NCBI GenBank assembly: GCA_037443035.1 | Contig: JBBIPC010000022.1 | Span: forward strand, 1-64,000 | Length of the DNA: 64,000 nucleotides | Reading direction: 5' to 3' | From: Chthonomonadales bacterium | GTDB taxonomy: Bacteria > Armatimonadota > Chthonomonadetes > Chthonomonadales > CAJBBX01 | Part shown: positions 40,234 to 49,829 of the stretch, one piece after another | Layout of the letters: every line of letters starts with the position of its first letter | Position numbering within the stretch: the first letter of the stretch is position 1 | The notes under the pieces: generated by a model | What the model saw: only the letters and a program-made list of their open reading frames with translations | What the model was told of the DNA's origin: nothing | Databases searched by the model: none | Position numbers and translations under genes: made by a program

Positions 40234-40697
40234 TGTCCAGCCCGAATCGAAGCTTCGCTGCCTGACTGCTTCGTCACGCGCGCTGGCACCCCTACTGCCG
40301 TGGCGCCGGGTGGCACGTCGTCCAGCACCACTGCATTCGCCCCGACTTTCGCGTAAGCGCCGACCCTAATGGTCTGCTCCCTCTTTGCGATGATTTTGGC
40401 ACCAGTACCCAGCACGACTCCATCCTCGATGATGATTCGGTACGGAGACCCAATCCAGGTGTCGCTACCGATGGTCACGTGGTTGTATATCCTCACGCGG
40501 TGACCGATCGTAACATTAGGATGCACAACGATGCCGAGCGCTTGATGCATCAGTTCGATGTCGCGCTCCACCTCGGCTTGGTAGGGCAACACCGCGTGAA
40601 ACACGACGAAATTCACCGCTTTCAGCAGCCATGCGATCGGCACCAACCGCATCCGATACAAGCGACAGCTGAGCCACCACAGATACGTCGGGATCAC
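40230..40697 (-). CDS. Hexapeptide-repeat acetyltransferase (serine acetyltransferase-like)
   Basis: GIVVHPNVTIG, VGANAVVLDDVPPGATAVGVPAR. Confidence 0.88.
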   Translation of the reverse strand: MIPTYLWWLSCRLYRMRLVPIAWLLKAVNFVVFHAVLPYQAEVERDIELMHQALGIVVHPNVTIGHRVRIYNHVTIGSDTWIGSPYRIIIEDGVVLGTGAKIIAKREQTIRVGAYAKVGANAVVLDDVPPGATAVGVPARVTKQSGSEASIRAGQ

Positions 40698-42193
40698 CGA
40701 AGTGTGCGAACGCGGGCAGGCGCCGTGCTTCCCAGTCGTCTGCGCAGAGGCTGGGCCGCATCCAGATACAAGGGTTCAGGCTCGGGCGCAGGCTGAGGCC
40801 TCGGTACACCAAACGGGAGCGCGATTCCGAGGAGCATAACGAAAACACCAGCTCCATACGCCGACCCAGTGTACACAGCGTATGCCACGCCCATGGCAAG
40901 CGCCAAACGTACGAATCGCTCTCTGTCTGGGTCGTTCCTGAACTCTCGAACCGCCTTCACCAGCAGCCAGAGGCCGCGCAGGAATAGCACCATACCGAAC
41001 CAGCCGTAGCTCAGTGCAAGTCCTATGTAACCATTATCAAAACCCGTGTTGACTCTCGATGGGTCGGCACTCAGCCTAGTGCCTACCCCGTAAGAACCCA
41101 TGCCGCTGCCCAGAGGATTGCTGCTGATCAGATTCCATGCGATGGTGGCTAGCGATGCCCGTGCCGTCGCCGATGTGTCCTGATTCAGTTGAGACATCGA
41201 GGATAGTCGCGAGGAGATAGTCTCGTAGCCGGGTAGGTACGGCATCGCGAACCATATCACCACCCCCACAAGGAAGGTGGCCACCATCGCCTGGATCTTG
41301 CGCCGGCCTGGCGTTATCAGCAGGTAGAACGATACACCAGCCGCAAGTGCAACCCACGCCGTGCGCGTGATCGTCAGCAGCAGCGTATATGCGATAAGCG
41401 CCGCGCCAGGAAAACCCACGTAACGCCGCCATCTACCATCGACGAGCATCGGCACGAGGGCAGTCAGCAAGAAAAGAGAGCACTGCAACGGTGCACCGAA
41501 TGTCGAGAAAACGCGTATGCCATAGGGTTCCGGACGACCGATGGCGACAATATCGCGTCGGACAGCCTGCATCCACATCACGTCCCACGGTGGGGCAACC
41601 ACGTATTGCAGTACGCCGTACGCAGCCACTCCCACTGCCACCAGCACAATGGACATGACCCAGTGATCCCGCTCCCGCGGCTCGATAGGGCGTCCTGACG
41701 CATAGAGTATGACAGCGAAAGGCGCCACGGTACCTGCGAACTCGAACACGGCCGGGAGCTCGTTGCGGATATAGCCCACAATGCCGGCGTACGACATCGC
41801 AAGAGCGAGACTACCAAGGGCGTAGTAGAGTGTCCGTGTTACAATAATCCTCTGGCGCGATACGGGGATGGCAAGGCCCATCGTCGCTGCGATGGGGGCG
41901 ACTGAAATCAGGGACCGAGGGTGGAACTCGCCCTGAAGCCAGTCCACGTACCGACGAACTTCAGGAGAAATCGCCCATACGAGTACCAGATAAGGAATCA
42001 GGTACCGATTGTCGCTATGGGCCAGCAACCAGGCAGGCACCACCAACACGAGCGTAGCGAGGATGTGGGCCTGAAGAACGGTCTGCTGGCCGGTCCGCAA
42101 GGTCCAGAGCACGCCGGCGAGAAACACCGCGATCATCACAAGGATGACCTTTGCAGAGCTCTGTTGCTCGAGACCTTCGTCAGGACGTGGCAT
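40694..42193 (-). CDS. O-antigen ligase/polymerase family membrane protein
   Basis: About 12 TM segments; RVFSTF, TRTAW, S..AR, NPLGSGMG, DNGY. Confidence 0.82.
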   Translation of the reverse strand: MPRPDEGLEQQSSAKVILVMIAVFLAGVLWTLRTGQQTVLQAHILATLVLVVPAWLLAHSDNRYLIPYLVLVWAISPEVRRYVDWLQGEFHPRSLISVAPIAATMGLAIPVSRQRIIVTRTLYYALGSLALAMSYAGIVGYIRNELPAVFEFAGTVAPFAVILYASGRPIEPRERDHWVMSIVLVAVGVAAYGVLQYVVAPPWDVMWMQAVRRDIVAIGRPEPYGIRVFSTFGAPLQCSLFLLTALVPMLVDGRWRRYVGFPGAALIAYTLLLTITRTAWVALAAGVSFYLLITPGRRKIQAMVATFLVGVVIWFAMPYLPGYETISSRLSSMSQLNQDTSATARASLATIAWNLISSNPLGSGMGSYGVGTRLSADPSRVNTGFDNGYIGLALSYGWFGMVLFLRGLWLLVKAVREFRNDPDRERFVRLALAMGVAYAVYTGSAYGAGVFVMLLGIALPFGVPRPQPAPEPEPLYLDAAQPLRRRLGSTAPARVRTLR

Positions 42194-42229
42194 GGAAGTC
42201 AGCCGATGGGCGCAGACATGATGCCCATA

Positions 42230-43381
42230 TTATAGCCGAGCGGGCGTGTTCGTACTCTCGCGTCCTGCGGCGTCCAGGACCGACGTCAGCTTCGCGGCTA
42301 TCATCTCCCACCTGAAATGCTGCTGGTAGAGCCATTCCGCCGCAGAGCCTAGCCTGCTCCGGAGCAAGGGATCAGATGCGAGCTGTATGACGGCCCGTGT
42401 GAAGCCGGCTTCGTCTCCGCATTCGGTAAGGAGCAATGCATCATGTGCATCTAGGAGTACGTCGTCCGTGGCAACACCCCGCGTCCCCACCACGGCCAGT
42501 CCGTGCTGCAACGCTGCCATCATGGTTGTGCGTCTGGTGGACACACCATCAGCGAACGGTGCCAGGAAGACGTCGGTCGCGCGTAGGCGCTGCGCAACCT
42601 CGCGTGCGGGGAGATATCCATATGAACGAATCGGCAGTCCCGCAAACGCTACCTCCAAACGCGGTACGCGCGGACCAAGGTGCAGAACCACGATATTAGC
42701 GCCTTGCGAGCGAGCTTGTCTGACTGCGGATCCAGCCAGCTCCCAGAGCTGGGAGTGATGGCCCTGCCCGAAGACTGCCATCACGACCGTACGATCATCT
42801 AGCTCCAGCAGCCGCCGCGCTTCTTCACTCGTCAACTCAGCAAGCGGCACATTGGAGCCGACCGGTAGGTGGATCGCTTCGTGCGGTCCGAACCAGCGTC
42901 GGTACTGCTTTGCCCACCGACCGACGACGACAAACAGCTTGTCAGACGCGCGACAGACCGCTCGAAGCAACGGTCCTTGCCAGACGTTCATGAGCCGCAG
43001 CTTCCAGTTAATCGGCCAAGCCATGGGCTCGTGTACCGTGGTGGCAAGCATCACACTCGGAACCTTCCGCTCGATGCGTCGCAGCGCCAGTGGCAAGTAC
43101 GGGTTCCAGCCCCACCGCCCGAAGGCGAACGGACAGTATTGCAGCACGATCCAATCTGGCCGCACGTCTTCGACGTGCTGACAGATCATGCCAACGGACC
43201 TTGGAACCGTGGCGTCGAATGCCTGAACCACCTGCACGCACGGTATCTGTTCGGCGACAGGAATCCCTGTGAGCACGACCACTTCGTGCGTTTGGGCAAG
43301 CTCCTTGGCAAGGTTGGCCGTGTAGTCGCCGATGCCATCTAGACGTGGAGGTAAGGCAGCAGTGATAAGAACGATGCGCAT
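42230..43381 (-). CDS. Glycosyltransferase family 4
   Basis: DGIGDYT, LQY.PF.FGRWG, PVGSNV, DGVSTRRTTMMAALQHG. Confidence 0.85.
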   Translation of the reverse strand: MRIVLITAALPPRLDGIGDYTANLAKELAQTHEVVVLTGIPVAEQIPCVQVVQAFDATVPRSVGMICQHVEDVRPDWIVLQYCPFAFGRWGWNPYLPLALRRIERKVPSVMLATTVHEPMAWPINWKLRLMNVWQGPLLRAVCRASDKLFVVVGRWAKQYRRWFGPHEAIHLPVGSNVPLAELTSEEARRLLELDDRTVVMAVFGQGHHSQLWELAGSAVRQARSQGANIVVLHLGPRVPRLEVAFAGLPIRSYGYLPAREVAQRLRATDVFLAPFADGVSTRRTTMMAALQHGLAVVGTRGVATDDVLLDAHDALLLTECGDEAGFTRAVIQLASDPLLRSRLGSAAEWLYQQHFRWEMIAAKLTSVLDAAGRESTNTPARL

Positions 43382-44268
43382 GGGAGTGTTCCGGGCCACC
43401 GACCGTGTGGTAGTCTACCAGCCGCGTCGGGCATCACGGCCAGGAGGTTCGGCCGTTCCGGATCCAGGCTGTACGCCTCCTCGTCGCTGCAGGTGACCCA
43501 TTGCTCACCCCTGGGCGGACGTCGGAGTAAGACATATCCATGCCGGCGCAGCAGATTTAGCACATTCGCGCCGTCGACGCCAAATGGCTGGAAATGTTGA
43601 GGGACGAACTCGAGGAATATAGGTGGGTGCACAGTGTCGAGGAGCGAAGATGCTCCTATCAACGCCGCGTATTCGGCGCCTTCCAGGTCCAGCTTGATCA
43701 ATCCGATTCGGCTCCAGAGTTCGCGGGGTATGCTGCGATCCAGGGTGGTTACGCAGACGCGAATGCAACGGGCGCCAGCCTCGTCGGAATCCTCTCCCAG
43801 GTGGCTCCAGGGGGCCCTATCGCCCTCCATGACGGCAAATGTCGCGTCACCCTCCTTGTCACCCAGTGCCCTATCGTGCAGCATGACGTTGGTAAGCCTG
43901 TTCAGTGCGATGTTCCTCTGCAACTCCGCGAAGGTCTCTGGATTCGGTTCGAACGCAACGACCATACCGTCTTTGCCGACGGCCCTGGCCGCCACGAGCG
44001 TGAACATCCCGACGTGGGCCCCGCCGTCCACGAAGACCTGTCCCGGCTCGAGCCAGTGTCGCACGAAACAGAGGTCCGGATCGGCATCACGGAACCGATA
44101 TAGATATCTACCGAACGCCGTTCGCATGTCCGCGTAGATCCGCGACCGCCCCTCATCGAACGGGACGATTAACGGCGAGCGCGGGGGAAACCGCTTGAGA
44201 ACAAGCGACCATGCGCAACGCACGGCAGTCGGGATCGGGCTGCGACGCCAGGCTGGGTTACGGAACAT
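43339..44268 (-). CDS. FkbM family methyltransferase
   Basis: VDGGAHVG, AFEPNP, IKLDLEGAE. Confidence 0.92.
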   Translation of the reverse strand: MFRNPAWRRSPIPTAVRCAWSLVLKRFPPRSPLIVPFDEGRSRIYADMRTAFGRYLYRFRDADPDLCFVRHWLEPGQVFVDGGAHVGMFTLVAARAVGKDGMVVAFEPNPETFAELQRNIALNRLTNVMLHDRALGDKEGDATFAVMEGDRAPWSHLGEDSDEAGARCIRVCVTTLDRSIPRELWSRIGLIKLDLEGAEYAALIGASSLLDTVHPPIFLEFVPQHFQPFGVDGANVLNLLRRHGYVLLRRPPRGEQWVTCSDEEAYSLDPERPNLLAVMPDAAGRLPHGRWPGTLPCASFLSLLPYLHV

Positions 44269-45439
44269 GAGAAGTACGCTCGACGGCTAACTGACGCGAA
44301 TAGGAAGCCCATTCACGGAGAACAAGGATATTGCCGTACACGACCCACACCATCTCCACCAGGGCTGCCTTCGGCCGTCCGTGAGCAAGGTTGCGGAACG
44401 CGGCTACGAGCCGTGGTTTGTAAAGCCATCGAAGCAATGTCGTGAAGCGCCGGACGCCCAGCCGCTGGGCGTTGAGGGCGTAGTAGAGGGCCGTTGTCGA
44501 CGCATTAACTGGCACACGCTTTACCGTGTCGCAAAGTCGCGCCACGCGCACAGGATGGTATACTATCGCCCCCGGCTGGAACTGCACCGACGCGTGGTGG
44601 CGGATCCTTAAATACAGATCTTCGTCTTCGTGGGCGGCGATGCGGAATCGCTCCTCGAATCCTCCAATCGCTTCAAAGAGATCCTTACGCACGGCGACAT
44701 TCGCCGACCAGAACAAGCCTCCCGTCGTGTTTACGGGGCACTCAGCCATGTCGACTTGCGCATTCCCTAAGGGCCGAACTGCGCCTTCGACTGCCAGTAC
44801 GCTAGACTCGGCAGCTTCAGTCAGAGCGGTCAGCCAGCCGGTATCCGGAAGGCAATCATCGTCCGTGAATGCCAGCCATTCCCCACACGCAAGCGAGGCG
44901 CCATGGTTCCGATTCGCTGCCGGGCCGCGGCGCGGTCCCTGCGTCCATGTTGCCCAGGAAAACCGCTCACGGACCATTGCCTCTGCCGTCGTCTCGCGGC
45001 CATCGTCTGTGACGATCACCTCGTACTGCTCGAACGGCAGCGTTTGCGCTCCCGGCGCGAGCCGCTCGAGGCACAGCGCCAGCGCCTCGTTGCGATGGCA
45101 TGTGGGTATGATCACGCTGAAGAGCGGTTGGTCAGCCATGGATGCCTCGAAACCACCCAACCGTCCTACGCAAGCCCTCCTCAAGAGGCACACCCTCGCC
45201 CATGCCCAGAGCTCTCAGCTTCGTCACGTCCACTTTCCAGTACTGCGCGTCGCCGGCCCAGCTGGAGCCGGTATACACGAACTCGACGTCCTCAAGGCCC
45301 AGGACCTTTACCAGCATCTTGGCCAGCTCGGTCACGGAGTGATTCTGACCGGATGATACATTGTACGCCTCGCCGGGCTTTCCCTTCTCCCCGAGGATCA
45401 CAAGCCCTTCGACTGTATCGGTCACGTAGGTGAAGTCGC
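44231..45439. repeat. Direct repeat A, downstream copy (epimerase 3' end + GT2 + FkbM start)
   Basis: Matches 47977-49185 at offset 3746; no difference seen over 44295-45275; flanks diverged. Confidence 0.95.
44258..45139 (-). CDS. Glycosyltransferase family 2 (copy 1)
   Basis: FSVIIPT, VTDDG, GPAANRNHG, FTDDD, EDED; ATG 45139. Confidence 0.9.
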   Translation of the reverse strand: MADQPLFSVIIPTCHRNEALALCLERLAPGAQTLPFEQYEVIVTDDGRETTAEAMVRERFSWATWTQGPRRGPAANRNHGASLACGEWLAFTDDDCLPDTGWLTALTEAAESSVLAVEGAVRPLGNAQVDMAECPVNTTGGLFWSANVAVRKDLFEAIGGFEERFRIAAHEDEDLYLRIRHHASVQFQPGAIVYHPVRVARLCDTVKRVPVNASTTALYYALNAQRLGVRRFTTLLRWLYKPRLVAAFRNLAHGRPKAALVEMVWVVYGNILVLREWASYSRQLAVERTSHVP

Positions 45440-46052
45440 CGAAAACCGTGATAGGCTCACGGCGCAACACTTTGAAGACGAATATCGGTATCACTTTCCC
45501 ATATGCGTCGTATCGCTACCGCTGCCCGTACACGTTGAAGTACCGAAGGCATATGATGCTCATACCGAACTGTTTGGCATAAGCTAACGACTCCGTTTCT
45601 GCACAAAGCTTGGAAGCCCCGTACGGCGTATCAGGTTGCGTGGGGTGTTCCTCATCAATAGGAAGCGTCTTCAGCTCACCGAATACGGCTGCAGAGGACG
45701 AGACAACTACTCGCGATACGCCCTCGGCCCGGCACGCGTCCAGAACGTGTAGCGTACCGAGCACATTCACTTCAGCGTCCTGCACCGGGTCCTGTCTTGA
45801 GCGCAAGTTGCCAACCGAAACCGCCAGGTGGAACACAACCTTACCGCCCCGTGCGGCTTCACTTACAGGTTCGCGGTCTCTTACTTCGGCATTCAGGCAT
45901 CGAATGGCAACGTAATCTGCTAGATTAGCCCAGCAACCGGTGGTTCCGTTGTCAAGCACCGTAACATCATGCCCTGGTGCTTGCGGCGCTAACGCCAGAC
46001 TTGAGCCGATGAACCCAGCCCCGCCCGTAACAAGCACCTTACCTGCAGTCAT
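45132..46052 (-). pseudogene. NAD-dependent epimerase/dehydratase, disrupted
   Basis: TGGAGFIG and YGASK motifs; in-frame TAG at 45516-45518 (NVYGQR*RYDAYG); lacks six codons of the GDGxQxRDF motif. Confidence 0.85.
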
Positions 46053-46106
46053 ATTTCACCCAAACCCTGACGTAACAAAGCGCTTTTCTCCGCATCAGAC
46101 GGGCTA

Positions 46107-46937
46107 TCACTTGCTCTTCCGTAGTTTCAGGCGTCCGGTGATCCACCGAACTTGATACTCCTTGAATTCGTAGTACTCTTCAGTCTGCTGGAACTGCCGC
46201 CCCCAGCTGAGGCTTCCAAAGTGGTGCCACTTGAGCAGGTGCCACCAGGGCAATGCCAGGAACGATAGTCCCATAGCTGACATGTCCGCCAGCAAGCGCC
46301 CGCCCTCGTCATAGCATCGTTGCCGTCCGCTTACCGGATCGCGCTCCCCCGCCCAAAAGGCGAACGAGGTCGTAACACGGTCCCTTAGAGACGTGCGGAC
46401 AGCGAAAAGACACGTGACGAGCGACTCGTCCAGATCAATTATGGAACCGTACGGCTCCCGATACCCGAGGATCTTGCGCGTTCTCTGCCCCAGCAAGTAC
46501 AGACGCGGCTGTCGCTCCAAGAGGGCGATCATGTCGCCTAACCAGTCTGACGCGAGGAAGAACATGTCGTCATGAACGTGTACCCAGTAGTCCGTCGATG
46601 CCGTACGGAACATCCAATCGCACCATTCGTGATGTGCGCGAGCCTTTTCGCTTTGCACAAGCTCAAAGCCCCAGTTTTCACTCAGATCTCTTAGAAACTC
46701 ACTCGACCCGTCGGTGGATGCGTTGTCGATTACAACAAGGTTGCACTTAGGGTAGCGAGTCGTTGCGCGTAGACTTCTTAATGTCAACTCAACGGGTTCG
46801 CGGTTGTTTGTGCAGATTACAAAAACCGTCACCGTCGGAATAGGCGGCCGCAAGCGGCAACCGATGTGTGATATTAGACGGGCCATCCGTGTCTTAGTAA
46901 CTAATGTAATGGCCTCACGTGCAATTCGCCGGTTCAT
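46107..46937 (-). CDS. Glycosyltransferase family 2-like
   Basis: VVIDNASTDGS, HVHDDMFF; AT-richer than the flanks. Confidence 0.8.
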   Translation of the reverse strand: MNRRIAREAITLVTKTRMARLISHIGCRLRPPIPTVTVFVICTNNREPVELTLRSLRATTRYPKCNLVVIDNASTDGSSEFLRDLSENWGFELVQSEKARAHHEWCDWMFRTASTDYWVHVHDDMFFLASDWLGDMIALLERQPRLYLLGQRTRKILGYREPYGSIIDLDESLVTCLFAVRTSLRDRVTTSFAFWAGERDPVSGRQRCYDEGGRLLADMSAMGLSFLALPWWHLLKWHHFGSLSWGRQFQQTEEYYEFKEYQVRWITGRLKLRKSK

Positions 46938-47112
46938 TGTACAAAGCCTCTCTCACATCCCAGTTCAGTCATGCACTTGTTTAGGAGGCATTCTGTAGGT
47001 TGGTTGCATAGAACGCACGCACGTACCCGTGCAGCCTCCCCTAAGCAACTCCGGTGCTTGACAAGACGAGACCAAGGGCACATGCTGTTGCTTCAGCATC
47101 AGAGAATACCAC

Positions 47113-47924
47113 TCACCAATGCCCCGAGCGCACGATGTGCTCCACTAACTTGCGCCGCGACTCTTTGTAATCCTGAAATCCGCGGCTCCGGCCGAACGCT
47201 CTGTTAGACGTCAGCGCGCCAAAGTGATGGATCAGCATGCGAAGTCTCCACGGCATGTCGATCCACCCTCCAGATTGCACCGCCGCAGCCAACACCCGAC
47301 CACCCACGTCGTACCATGTAGTCACTGCATCTCCTTCGGAAAACTCAGCGAACTCTGCTCGACAGTTTTCAAGTGGTCCAATTCTGCGAGAATGAAATGT
47401 GTGTACATAGTCTCACCAACGTTTACAAGATTTCCGTATGGATCCAAGACAGTCTGTTTCTTACGACAAGGTTGACAGAGCAGAAAGAATCCTCTGCTTG
47501 AGCGCAAGGTCCTGAGGGCCACGATGATTGGGTCTGGTGCAAGAAACCACAAGTCGTCGTGCAAGCTTAGCCAATACTCTTCCCTGATGCTGCTTGCCAA
47601 TATGTCCAACCATTCCGCGTGAGCACGCTGATGTTCGCTCCGCATGTATGCCGTTCCAAACTCGGTAACGCGATTGCGAGCACGAACAGAATTCTCAGGC
47701 TTAAATCCGTTATCGACAATCACCAGATTCAGACACGGATACCTGGTTCGACGCAGAAGGCTACAGACGGTCAATTCCAATCCATATGGATTGTCCGTCG
47801 TAATCACTGTTGCGCACACGGATGGCGCTGCGCCTTGCTATGGTCTACTCTGTGTCAAATACGGTGCTATCAGTCTTTTCGCGTACAGTATCAGGTCTTC
47901 CCTTAGGCGGGCGCGCAGATACAT
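47113..47924 (-). pseudogene. GT2-like paralog of 46107-46937, disrupted
   Basis: AGGAGG RBS and ATG 47924; in-frame TAG at 47838-47840; frameshift near 47325; shares ELT..SL...TRYP..NLV..DN, HDD, EPYG/DPYG, YD.GGR, HHFG with its neighbour. Confidence 0.8.
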
Positions 47925-47976
47925 CAGCAAATCCTCCTACTCGATGCTTGCCATTGACTGTGAACATTCCGCCGCT

Positions 47977-49185
47977 GGGATCGGGCTTCGCCGCCAGGCC
48001 AGATTACGGAACATGGGAGTTGCATTCGGATGATGAGGTGCGCGAATAGGAAGCCCATTCACGGAGAACAAGGATATTGCCGTACACGACCCACACCATC
48101 TCCACCAGGGCTGCCTTCGGCCGTCCGTGAGCAAGGTTGCGGAACGCGGCTACGAGCCGTGGTTTGTAAAGCCATCGAAGCAATGTCGTGAAGCGCCGGA
48201 CGCCCAGCCGCTGGGCGTTGAGGGCGTAGTAGAGGGCCGTTGTCGACGCATTAACTGGCACACGCTTTACCGTGTCGCAAAGTCGCGCCACGCGCACAGG
48301 ATGGTATACTATCGCCCCCGGCTGGAACTGCACCGACGCGTGGTGGCGGATCCTTAAATACAGATCTTCGTCTTCGTGGGCGGCGATGCGGAATCGCTCC
48401 TCGAATCCTCCAATCGCTTCAAAGAGATCCTTACGCACGGCGACATTCGCCGACCAGAACAAGCCTCCCGTCGTGTTTACGGGGCACTCAGCCATGTCGA
48501 CTTGCGCATTCCCTAAGGGCCGAACTGCGCCTTCGACTGCCAGTACGCTAGACTCGGCAGCTTCAGTCAGAGCGGTCAGCCAGCCGGTATCCGGAAGGCA
48601 ATCATCGTCCGTGAATGCCAGCCATTCCCCACACGCAAGCGAGGCGCCATGGTTCCGATTCGCTGCCGGGCCGCGGCGCGGTCCCTGCGTCCATGTTGCC
48701 CAGGAAAACCGCTCACGGACCATTGCCTCTGCCGTCGTCTCGCGGCCATCGTCTGTGACGATCACCTCGTACTGCTCGAACGGCAGCGTTTGCGCTCCCG
48801 GCGCGAGCCGCTCGAGGCACAGCGCCAGCGCCTCGTTGCGATGGCATGTGGGTATGATCACGCTGAAGAGCGGTTGGTCAGCCATGGATGCCTCGAAACC
48901 ACCCAACCGTCCTACGCAAGCCCTCCTCAAGAGGCACACCCTCGCCCATGCCCAGAGCTCTCAGCTTCGTCACGTCCACTTTCCAGTACTGCGCGTCGCC
49001 GGCCCAGCTGGAGCCGGTATAGACAAACTCGACGTCCTCAATGCCCAGGACCTTTACCAGCATCTTGGCCAGCTCGGTCACGGAGTGATTCTGGCCTGAC
49101 GATACATTGTACGCCTCGCCGGGCTTTCCCTTCTCCCCGAGGAGCACGAGCGCTGCAACTGTATCGGTCACGTAGGTGAAGTCGC
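47977..49185. repeat. Direct repeat A, upstream copy
   Basis: Matches 44231-45439; identical core 48041-49021; includes the FkbM start stub MFRNLAWRRSPIP at 48014. Confidence 0.95.
48004..48885 (-). CDS. Glycosyltransferase family 2 (copy 2)
   Basis: Same protein as 44258-45139 except near the C-terminus (TSSSECN vs QLAVERT). Confidence 0.9.
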   Translation of the reverse strand: MADQPLFSVIIPTCHRNEALALCLERLAPGAQTLPFEQYEVIVTDDGRETTAEAMVRERFSWATWTQGPRRGPAANRNHGASLACGEWLAFTDDDCLPDTGWLTALTEAAESSVLAVEGAVRPLGNAQVDMAECPVNTTGGLFWSANVAVRKDLFEAIGGFEERFRIAAHEDEDLYLRIRHHASVQFQPGAIVYHPVRVARLCDTVKRVPVNASTTALYYALNAQRLGVRRFTTLLRWLYKPRLVAAFRNLAHGRPKAALVEMVWVVYGNILVLREWASYSRTSSSECNSHVP

Positions 49186-49810
49186 GCTGCTGCTTGCCGT
49201 CGCCGAGTATCTCCAGTCTGGTAGGATCGCGCTCGAGCTTCTTCAGAAAGTCGTAGACGATGTAGCGCGGCACACGGGGGCCATAGCTGTTGAAGATCCG
49301 CGCTATAACCGTCGGGATGCCGTATACATCGAGGAACATTCGAGCAATGTGCTCGGCGCACAGCTTGCTGAAGCCGTAGGGCGAGATGGGCTTCAGCGGG
49401 AAGTCCTCGGTGATGGGAAACCGGTCCGGCTGCCCGTAGACCGCGCCCGATGAGGCAAGCACGACCCGCGGCTTCATGTTCAACGCGCGCAAGACATCCA
49501 GCAGTACGAACGTCCCGACGGCATTCGCCTCGAAGTCGTACGCCGGGTCCTCGACTGATCCAGGAACCGACGCGTTGGCCGCGAGGTGATAGACGATATC
49601 GGGAGTGCACTCCCGGAGAGCCGCCTCCACAGCGATCCGGTCGCGCACGTCTCCCCGGATTATCTTGATGCGATCCCGCACGTGCGCAAGGTTCTCGGCC
49701 GACCCTGCCCGCATGCTGTCGAAGACCGTTACGTTGGCGCCATAGCCTACCAGCCGCTCGACCAGATGCGAGCCCAGGAAGCCGCAACCGCCGGTGGCTA
49801 ATACCTTCAT
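48878..49810 (-). CDS. NAD-dependent epimerase/dehydratase
   Basis: TGGCGFLG, HLAA, YGFSK, GDGKQQRDFTYV; may start further up at 49837. Confidence 0.93.
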   Translation of the reverse strand: MKVLATGGCGFLGSHLVERLVGYGANVTVFDSMRAGSAENLAHVRDRIKIIRGDVRDRIAVEAALRECTPDIVYHLAANASVPGSVEDPAYDFEANAVGTFVLLDVLRALNMKPRVVLASSGAVYGQPDRFPITEDFPLKPISPYGFSKLCAEHIARMFLDVYGIPTVIARIFNSYGPRVPRYIVYDFLKKLERDPTRLEILGDGKQQRDFTYVTDTVAALVLLGEKGKPGEAYNVSSGQNHSVTELAKMLVKVLGIEDVEFVYTGSSWAGDAQYWKVDVTKLRALGMGEGVPLEEGLRRTVGWFRGIHG

Positions 49811-49829
49811 GTGATTCTTGTTCTCGCCG

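Noticed and set aside
45516..47840. Two in-frame TAG codons suggesting amber recoding or pyrrolysine
   Set aside because: TAG is the normal stop of rpsL, rpsG, yebC and mutS2 here, and both genes carry additional lesions, so pseudogenisation is the simpler reading
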